This document shows, piece by piece, positions 61,983-64,000 of a stretch of 64,000 bases of DNA. Origin of the DNA: Mizuhopecten yessoensis (taxonomy: Eukaryota); NCBI RefSeq assembly GCF_002113885.1, contig NW_018408761.1, forward strand, positions 2,633,212 through 2,697,211, written 5' to 3'. How positions within the stretch are numbered: position 1 is the stretch's first letter; the number at the start of each line of letters is the position of its first letter. The notes beneath the pieces are model-generated. The model worked only from the letters and a program-made list of their open reading frames with translations, had not been told where the DNA came from and ran no database searches. The translations under genes and the position numbers were made by a program.

Positions 61983-64000
61983 TTTTCTAAAGGGCCGGTG
62001 CCTTTTTTATATTGGGAATTTTATGGCGTGGACACAATGAATTGGGAATTTTACGACATGTTACGGATGTATGATATAGGGGAAATTTTGTTTGATCACG
62101 CTCAAACAACCTCATGTGTAAACAAAACTTGTAGCTTGAATTCAATGCCCCAAGATAAACTTCTATTTGTCAAAAATTTTACAACGTCGTACAACATAAG
62201 AAGGCATACTTTATTTATTTTTAAAAAGATTGGGGAAATATTGGGTCTGAATTGGGAAAACTTTACTCAGGGAAAGTACTAAAGTCAGCACTACAAATGG
62301 GGTTAAAAAATCACTGCAGCTGCTAACAAAATAATTCTATATTTATTTGTATTGTGGTGTTATTAATAACTTCAATATTATTTCAACCAGTTTAAGATAT
62401 ATGCACAAAATCTATGTCAAAATTCATGATCTTTTATCTTTTAAAAAATTGAAAAAACAATACATGTTGTAAAAATTATGCCCAAAGAAGGCAAGAAAAA
62501 CCAAGAGAGTCATAGGAATTGGTAAACTTGTAGTGTAGATAAATGAACCTAAGTACCACGTTTTTCTTAATTTTCTGTATCATCACTCAAGCGCTGGAGC
62601 TTGTTATTAAAAGATTTATTATTAGGAGCTTTACTATCGTGCAGAAGGTGAGACATCCGAACAGAACTAAATCAAAACTGTATAAAGAATGGTGGAGAAT
62701 GACCCTACCATAGAAAACTAGTACGAATCCTATTTATGACGAGCCTAGTTTATATAACCTTGGTTCCTCATTGTGTTTCCTAACTGTAACATGTATGTCA
62801 ATTTAAGTATGTTGATGAGATGTGTGGACATATTTTCCATACATGACAGTCAGTACTCTATATATAGTGATACCTCCATGGGTCACATCAGATGTAGACG
62901 ACTGTTCAGACAGATAATAAATTATCCCCCAAAATAACCAGGATTTCTATTTAAATATCTAGCTATATATATTTGTAGTGAGTTGATGTTTAAAAATGAC
63001 TTTGCTGATGCATTCGTTAGTGCAGTCCTTAGACACCGGGGTACCCTGAGCTCACGATCAGGGGCAGAATGTTAAAATTGAATCTATAAAAAAAATAAAA
63101 AAATGTACTTCAATATCAACATGATCTTTTCAGAATATAAATATACAAAAATACTATTTCTATACAAAGGTTTCATAAATGTTCCTTTTGTAAGGTAATT
63201 ACATTTGATAAAACTGCATGGCTCCAGATCGCCAGTCTCGTCACATAAAAACTGGGTATTTTAAGGTAACTATATTTTAAAATAAACAGAGCTAAAACAA
63301 TATTTTGTTACGTTTTCCTCAGATGAAACTCTTCAACTTGCAAAAAAGTAAGCATGTCTTCAATATAATTAATTTAATGACTCCAGATCACATAAGAAGG
63401 AGGTCTCTGCTGACAGTGCCCCTGGTTGTGTCATGTTGAGCTTTTGATTTTCATTGCAAGCATCCTATTACCAGAATAATGAATTACATCTATTTTAAAT
63501 AATATTGATAAATTAAGAATTATTCATGTTATTGCCATTGATCCAATACTATCCTATATTGAGTATTTTTGGCACCACCAAAATTTGGCGGTTTTTGCAC
63601 AAAATAGGTACCGTAGGTTAAACTAAGTGTCAGAGTGTAGCATTTATGATTTCTATGTGTTAAATTTTGGTGTTTTCTGATTTCTGTAGTAACTTACATA
63701 GTAGTCCATCAGTCAAACTTAATAGGTTACAATACCATTGAATACGGTAAATTATAATATAAACTAAAACAGGATGCATATGTAACATACACATGCATTT
63801 TGACAGATTCTTGTTATGCAGCATAATGACAGAAGTTTATATCATCTATAGCATTCTGTTTACACATGGCTACATACCTTGCTACATACCTAGCACACAG
63901 GTGTACTTAACTGCATGCTATCAATTGATAGCAATAGCAGTGACTGACTTGTATACTCTTGAACACAACTGTTTGTGTAAAGGAAACAGTGAAAAATTAA

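Noticed and set aside
58078-64000. Search for SLC25A1 exon 2 (GGIEICITxPTEYVK) or any other coding exon
   Set aside because: None seen by eye; the region looks intronic with transposon remnants.

Overview
Eukaryotic (animal) genomic DNA, AT-rich and intron-containing. The repeat types (tRNA-headed V-type SINEs, DINE-1/HINE-like elements carrying ~160-bp satellite monomers) suggest a bivalve mollusc; this is an inference. The first ~22 kb is almost entirely tandem repeat (20/21-, 35-, 34-, 24/25-, 17-, 50- and 67-bp units) plus SINEs, and all long ORFs there are repeat artefacts. From 23.6 kb I reconstructed by hand three complete spliced genes with consistent intron phases: UFD1 (minus strand, 12 exons, 300 aa, one U12-type intron), CDC45 (plus strand, 18 exons, 562 aa, head-to-head with UFD1, start codons 197 bp apart) and tektin-1 (minus strand, 6 coding exons, 402 aa). 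The probable first coding exon of the mitochondrial citrate carrier SLC25A1 lies head-to-head with tektin-1. Most notable observations: (1) a 123-nt antisense copy of the 3' part of CDC45 exon 10 and its splice donor sits in CDC45 intron 8; (2) the minor-class intron in UFD1; (3) linkage of UFD1, CDC45 and probably SLC25A1, which are also linked at human 22q11.2; (4) three independent tandem duplications spanning splice donors; (5) a fold-back inversion inside the 34-bp satellite. No prokaryotic features or CRISPR arrays were found.
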